From Muribaculaceae bacterium (lineage in GTDB: Bacteria > Bacteroidota > Bacteroidia > Bacteroidales > Muribaculaceae), in assembly GCA_029071345.1 (NCBI GenBank), contig JAIEAO010000002.1, positions 23,947-87,946 on the forward strand: a stretch of DNA of 64,000 nt, read 5' to 3'. The notes under the pieces were generated by a model that was not told where the DNA came from, did not search any database, and saw only the letters and a list, made by a program, of their open reading frames with translations. Both the position numbers and the translations under genes were made by a program. Every line of letters starts with the position of its first letter. Positions within the stretch are counted from its first letter, which is position 1. This document shows positions 58,834-64,000 of the stretch, piece after piece.

Positions 58834-60429
58834 TTATTTCTTGATAATCTTTTTACCGTTGTGGATATAGATACAGTTTTCTTTAGGCTCGGATACCTTT
58901 ATACCATTCAGGGTGTAATATCCGGGTAAATACCGTTCGCCGGGTGAGGCGGAAACCATCTTGACCGATGAGCCGGCATCCTCGCACGTGACGAGTCCCA
59001 AATCGATGTATTGACCTCCCCACGACTGCGAGCAGCTGACGCACACCACATTCGTGCCTTCCACAAGTGTGGCCCGTGCCTCGGATGAGATTCTGCTGTT
59101 CTGATAGCCGGAAAGGTAGCCGGTTTCGCTGAATGCCTCCACGCCGTTGATCCAGACAGTCACGTCATCGTCGTGGTGGATATGAAGCATGAATCGCTCG
59201 CGCTGATTCTCGGTGAGCGCCGGAAGCTCCACGTTTTTCCGCAGATAGATTTTCGAGGTCTGCCACTCCGTGTTTATGACTCCTCCCGGCACATCTCCGT
59301 TTCCAAAACCTCCGGCACCCTGCTTCCAGTTAAATCGCTGAGGATCGTAGTCAACACGCGTCCATGTAAGAGAGGGTTTGGAGGTGGTGTAATACCATGT
59401 CTGGGGCTCTTCATCGGCGGCCGGAAGCAGAGTCAGAGGGGTGTAATCATATTCAGCGAGAATCTTGGCGAGCTCATCCCTTGAGATTATCTGGACCGAG
59501 CCATGACGCACACCTGTGGGGTTGGTGACCTCGCTGTCAGGAATCTGCGTCCACGACAAGGTGGAGGGGTCGGCGGTGGTGGCATAGCTAAGGCCCGAAC
59601 TGTCGTTAAACTTGTCATAATACATCATGTATCCGCCCCCTCCGATCAGCGGGAAAGTCTCGGGGCCCTCTACAAGTGTTTTGTAGGTGGGGAAGAGATT
59701 AACCTCGTTGTCGAATTTATCGACGTTCGGATTCAGGGATTTCGAGGTGCGCGCCATGATGCACTTCTTGCCGTCGCGCTCATCCTTATAGAAGCCGTAA
59801 TAGGTGTCGCCATATTTGAGGACGGTAAGGTCGATGGCGGTGTAGCCGGGATAGAACAGCACCTCGGGCTCGGAAAACTCACGCCAGTCGCGGGTGGTGC
59901 AGTAATGATGCACCTCCTGCTGCCTTCCGTCGATTGTCTGGCGCGATGCCCAGTAAATGTAGAAGAGGTCCTCTTCCGGCTCGTAAAAGAACTCCGGAGC
60001 CCACGCATTGGGTGCGGTCGGTCTGCCATTCTTGCCATCCATCAGCCAAATCTTGGCACTTTCAGGATTTGTTGTGCCGTCGGTAGCCTTCCAATTGATA
60101 AGATCATCGCTCTCCCAATGGAAGATTGCGGGATGATCCCATCCCCAGGTGTGGACAAGGTGGAATTTGCTTTTGCCGTTGCGTGTCACCCTCGCAGCGA
60201 ATGGGTCGCGGAGAGCCGTGGAATTGTCGTATGCATTGAACACGGCGCCGCCGTCGTTAATATCTTTCCAGTGCAGTCCGTCCTCACTCCATGCATAGAA
60301 AAGATGTTGGTCTGAAGGTTTGAAGAACGACATCAGATAAACACTGTCGTTTTCCAGCTCCACACCCTGCATGGAGAAAACACTACCCATAGCGGCGACC
60401 GCCAATATATGTCTCAGTTTCATTTTCAT
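58834..60429 (-). CDS. GH43-like beta-propeller, galactose-binding-like domain and C-terminal sorting domain
   Basis: LRDPF, NAWAPEFFY, AIDLT, VEGP, RHGS; HHDDDVTVWING. Confidence 0.78.
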   Translation of the reverse strand: MKMKLRHILAVAAMGSVFSMQGVELENDSVYLMSFFKPSDQHLFYAWSEDGLHWKDINDGGAVFNAYDNSTALRDPFAARVTRNGKSKFHLVHTWGWDHPAIFHWESDDLINWKATDGTTNPESAKIWLMDGKNGRPTAPNAWAPEFFYEPEEDLFYIYWASRQTIDGRQQEVHHYCTTRDWREFSEPEVLFYPGYTAIDLTVLKYGDTYYGFYKDERDGKKCIMARTSKSLNPNVDKFDNEVNLFPTYKTLVEGPETFPLIGGGGYMMYYDKFNDSSGLSYATTADPSTLSWTQIPDSEVTNPTGVRHGSVQIISRDELAKILAEYDYTPLTLLPAADEEPQTWYYTTSKPSLTWTRVDYDPQRFNWKQGAGGFGNGDVPGGVINTEWQTSKIYLRKNVELPALTENQRERFMLHIHHDDDVTVWINGVEAFSETGYLSGYQNSRISSEARATLVEGTNVVCVSCSQSWGGQYIDLGLVTCEDAGSSVKMVSASPGERYLPGYYTLNGIKVSEPKENCIYIHNGKKIIKK

Positions 60430-62648
60430 TTAACCAATACTTTCTTTCGGTTGTGGATATAGATGCCGGGAGCGGAGGGGGCGTCGATCCTGACTCCCAT
60501 AACGGTATACCAATTGTCGTCGGCAGGAAGATTTTCAGCATCATAGTCTATCTCTTCTACAGCCGAAAGCGCTGAATCAGTCACACCTTTCATTTCCACG
60601 AGTGCATAATCCAGATCGGCGGTAAGGTTTTCTGCGCCCTTTACAGTCATCTTGTTGCTTCCCGCATCGAAATTCGCCTTGAATGATACGGAATTCAATA
60701 CGTTGCGGTTGCCCGTGGAGGGAAGCTCTATGGTCTGCTCTCCAGAGGCTGTAGAGAATACGGCGCTGCCACCTTTTGCAGAGGAATAGCGCAGAGTAAT
60801 CTCATAGCAGGCTGTCGAAGGAAGAGAAACATTCCATTCCACACCGGTGCCGGCGTTCACGGTAACAAGCTGGCCGTTGGAGGCATTAGCAAATTTTCTG
60901 ACCGTCGCTCCACCGATGAGAGTCTGGTCTTCAGCCTCATACTCATTGCTCACCCAGCTTCCTCCCTCCGGGATGATATAGAGGTAATCGACATCGATAC
61001 CGGGAGTGGTGCGGCTCGGTTCGATAGTTATAGTGTTGTTCCCGGCCGCAAGCGGCACAACCATGAAGAACTCATCCATCTGGGACGCATCATTTCCTGC
61101 CCCGGTGGTGTTTAGGTCATAAGTGTCTGGCGTATTTCCGTTTATACTTACCGAGAGGGTCGATTTCGGAGCTTTCATTCCGTAGCCGAGTGCGAGGTCG
61201 TAGACTCCCGCCTCCGGGGCGTTGTAAGTGAAAGTCACGGTCGAGCCTTTTCCAAAGTTGGTGATCTTTCTTCCACCCGAGCAAAGATTATCATCAACAA
61301 TTGTGATCTTCTTGTTGGTCGTATCATCGAAATCGGCATCTTCGGCCTCCAGATAGTTTGCGGCTGTAGAATCTCTCAGCGGAAGGACTATACAGGTCTC
61401 GGTGTCTCCGATCAGGCGCGATGCCTGATGACACATCCATTCGTAAAGGGTCCATCCGCGCGGGATAGTCACCGTAGTGCCATTTAGCGGACTTTCGCCG
61501 ACCTTACGCTCGAACGTAGTCATATCCCATGCGTCATTGTCGGCAACAAACATCGCCATGGCCCGGGCCACTTCCCAGCACCATGTTCCGTCGGTCGACA
61601 TTCCGTTAGAGCCGAAATCGTGCCAGCCGGTGATGTATCCCTGCTCCACCTGTTTGCCGGTGTTTTTCTCCACGCGACGATTAAAGATATCGAAAAGGAT
61701 GGTTTCACACCAGTCCATATATTTCTGGTCTTTTGTGACCTGATACAGAGCGTTGGTAGCCTCAAGGAAAGTGGATTGGTCATGCAGCGTTCGGCGACCT
61801 TGGAAGAATTGGTTCTGATTTATCTCTTTACCACCATACGTGCCGTGATATTCCGGACGCCATCCTTCGGAAACACCCTCTTTGGGCTGACCCGAATTTT
61901 CGAGCTGGTCGTAATGGTCATAAAGTGTATTGGCCACCCAGTTCCAGATATTCACAGCCTTGGTGAGATATTCCTGATCTCCTGTGGCCTGATAAATATA
62001 GGCTCCTAAGGCAGCGACACCACTATTACTGAGAGGAGACTTGACCAAATCAGTGACGTTGCCGGTCAGTTCCTTATGAACATCGGGGTACACCTTCCAC
62101 CAAAGCCCCTTTGTGCCGTCATTGGCATTATAGCCCAGCTCTTCCCACACATCGCCCGGACCGTGGCAGCCACGCTCGAAAAGAGTGTCGAAAACAGTCT
62201 TGGCTCCTTCCAGCCATCGCTCGTTACCGCCATTGCGGTAGGCGCGTATGAGCGAGAGGGCAAGCCATAACTGATCATCTATATATTCATTCCATCCCAG
62301 GCCCCAGCTATTGTCATAATGAATCCAGAATCCCTCACACAATTCATCGGAAAGTCGCGCTGCAAGGCGGTCGCCGGCATAATCGGCCTGATCCGACGTT
62401 GCCATCTGACACAGGTTCTGTTCCCAATAATACCGATAAGATGTAGCATCGGCTTTCTTATCACGATAGCCGGTGTAATACTTGCCGTTTTTACTGAATT
62501 TGCGGTTGAGTTTTGCATTCTTGAACCCATTGAAAGAGTCGCGCACCATCCTGTAGACCTCTGTTTGATTCTGAAGGTCATAATCTCTTGCAAAGACCGA
62601 TGGGATAGCCAATCCGCAAAGAGCTAAAGTTGCTATTAACTTTTTCAT
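60426..62648 (-). CDS. GH76-like endo-alpha-mannanase with two CBM6/35-like modules and sorting domain
   Basis: EYIDDQLWLAL catalytic DD, GLWW, YLTKA..IWNW; LEAED and YEAED module starts. Confidence 0.75.
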   Translation of the reverse strand: MKKLIATLALCGLAIPSVFARDYDLQNQTEVYRMVRDSFNGFKNAKLNRKFSKNGKYYTGYRDKKADATSYRYYWEQNLCQMATSDQADYAGDRLAARLSDELCEGFWIHYDNSWGLGWNEYIDDQLWLALSLIRAYRNGGNERWLEGAKTVFDTLFERGCHGPGDVWEELGYNANDGTKGLWWKVYPDVHKELTGNVTDLVKSPLSNSGVAALGAYIYQATGDQEYLTKAVNIWNWVANTLYDHYDQLENSGQPKEGVSEGWRPEYHGTYGGKEINQNQFFQGRRTLHDQSTFLEATNALYQVTKDQKYMDWCETILFDIFNRRVEKNTGKQVEQGYITGWHDFGSNGMSTDGTWCWEVARAMAMFVADNDAWDMTTFERKVGESPLNGTTVTIPRGWTLYEWMCHQASRLIGDTETCIVLPLRDSTAANYLEAEDADFDDTTNKKITIVDDNLCSGGRKITNFGKGSTVTFTYNAPEAGVYDLALGYGMKAPKSTLSVSINGNTPDTYDLNTTGAGNDASQMDEFFMVVPLAAGNNTITIEPSRTTPGIDVDYLYIIPEGGSWVSNEYEAEDQTLIGGATVRKFANASNGQLVTVNAGTGVEWNVSLPSTACYEITLRYSSAKGGSAVFSTASGEQTIELPSTGNRNVLNSVSFKANFDAGSNKMTVKGAENLTADLDYALVEMKGVTDSALSAVEEIDYDAENLPADDNWYTVMGVRIDAPSAPGIYIHNRKKVLVK

Positions 62649-62658
62649 GATATACGGT

Positions 62659-63999
62659 TTATTTCTTAATTACAAGTTTATGTTTATGGATATATAGGCC
62701 CGGACCTGCATCGGCACTTGTCCTGATGCCTGAAATGGTGTACCAAGCATCATCTTCCTCTTCGCAGGCTGCAGTCAATTCTTTCACCGCTGATTCCGCC
62801 TTCTCGCCGAGCAGGCGGAATGAATTAAGTTCTACATTATTCCCGCCGTAATTGGCCGAAACATTCAGACGATAATGCCGGAACGACTTTCCATGACCGG
62901 GATTATTGACAGTGTAATTCTCGTTGATGATGCCTGCACGACGCATTTTGTCTACCGACTCGAGCAGGAAAAGACCACTGAGCACCACCGACGAATCGTA
63001 TGTTTCAAGCGATGCCTCACCGCGGTCCTGCCAGTTTGCCATGACGGTCAGATCCGGTTTTAAGAAGGCTGAATGATAAAGCGAACGCGCATTTTCGAGA
63101 AGATAATTAGCATAGCGCACCTCGCGTTCCTTATCTAAAAGGCCTGAAAGCACCCACTCGGTCAGATACCTGATGTAGATACCTTTGAACAGGCCGCCAT
63201 CTCCTTTACCGCTCTCGCACATTATGCCGTTGGGAGAATACCAGCGGCTGTCGATGCTCTTGTCCATCAGGTCGACAGCGATATCATAATATTTTTTATC
63301 ACTTGTCGCCTTGTAAAGACCCATTAATCCGCCTACCCAGGTTCCCTGATTGTATGTGAAGGCCCAGCCACGGCTTGGCTGCTCAGGGCCATCTTTCACA
63401 AAGCCATCATCGAAGAGGTTATGCGCAAGCATAAATTCGAAAATCATCTTGGACTTCTCAAGATATGACTCATCTCCGGTGATCTCATAGAGATAATTGG
63501 CGCAAATCATGGCCGGAGCATTGGAACACGAATTCTTCGTGGAAAGCACACCACGCTGACTTCCGACTGTCCATAAAATTCCACCGGTCGACTCATCCCA
63601 GCTCTGCCAGATCCAATCGAAGAGTTGTTTTGCCTCCTCAAGCCATTTGCTTTTCTCAATGGTCAGATTCCAATAAGCATGGCAACATGCGATGCACATC
63701 CATTCCATATCATCATTGAAATCATTGAAGAGATCCTGGCGTCCGGCATTATAAGCCGTATACATTCCGGTTTTGATCTGGCGCGCAGTCGTCTGATAAG
63801 TAGTCTTTTTGGTTCTTGCGTAAGCATCGATATATGCATCTACGGCATGAGCCATCCACCAGTAATTATAACCGTTGTTGACTTTTTCGGCATTCGCACT
63901 CCAGCTGTGGATAAGATATTTACCGCTCCCCCAGGTCTTGGTGAAGTTTTTGGAAAGCATGGAATATAAATCATCTGCCACCTTACCGAAGTCTACCTC
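62659..63999 (-). CDS. GH76 alpha-1,6-mannanase (N-terminus beyond window)
   Basis: YWWMAH, FNDDMEW, GGILW, KNSCSNAP, FTYNQG, GDGGLFKGIYIRY; frame stays open to the window edge. Confidence 0.9.
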   Translation of the reverse strand, partial: EVDFGKVADDLYSMLSKNFTKTWGSGKYLIHSWSANAEKVNNGYNYWWMAHAVDAYIDAYARTKKTTYQTTARQIKTGMYTAYNAGRQDLFNDFNDDMEWMCIACCHAYWNLTIEKSKWLEEAKQLFDWIWQSWDESTGGILWTVGSQRGVLSTKNSCSNAPAMICANYLYEITGDESYLEKSKMIFEFMLAHNLFDDGFVKDGPEQPSRGWAFTYNQGTWVGGLMGLYKATSDKKYYDIAVDLMDKSIDSRWYSPNGIMCESGKGDGGLFKGIYIRYLTEWVLSGLLDKEREVRYANYLLENARSLYHSAFLKPDLTVMANWQDRGEASLETYDSSVVLSGLFLLESVDKMRRAGIINENYTVNNPGHGKSFRHYRLNVSANYGGNNVELNSFRLLGEKAESAVKELTAACEEEDDAWYTISGIRTSADAGPGLYIHKHKLVIKK

Positions 64000-64000
64000 C

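Overview
Bacteroidales DNA (probably a gut Muribaculaceae/Prevotella-like organism; taxon inferred only from gene content) in three blocks. (1) 1-23.5 kb is a polysaccharide utilisation locus (PUL): SusC end, SusD, two lipoproteins, a multimodular GH5, PL8, GH88, a GH92-GH5 fusion, an FAD oxidoreductase, GH3, an SGNH-GH125 fusion and an SGNH esterase. This enzyme set matches the bonds of xanthan. (2) About 23.5-31.0 kb is a visibly AT-richer accessory island with three hypothetical genes, a VirE-N/BT4734-like primase and an SF2 helicase-like gene. On the minus strand it carries a reverse transcriptase (RT), a 130-nt multi-hairpin intergenic element closed by a perfect 12-bp inverted repeat, and a SLATT membrane protein: a candidate DRT10/UG17-like RT-ncRNA-SLATT defence system. 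The island ends at an isolated 3' half of a tRNA-Pro, a probable att site. (3) 31.1-64 kb is a dense CAZyme cluster (GH2 x3, DUF362, GH28-like x2, GH115-like, GH43-like x2, GH3, an orphan TIM-barrel-like protein, an eroded GH92, GH76 x2) with a hybrid two-component regulator (HTCS). All family calls come from motif recognition by eye; no searches were run.
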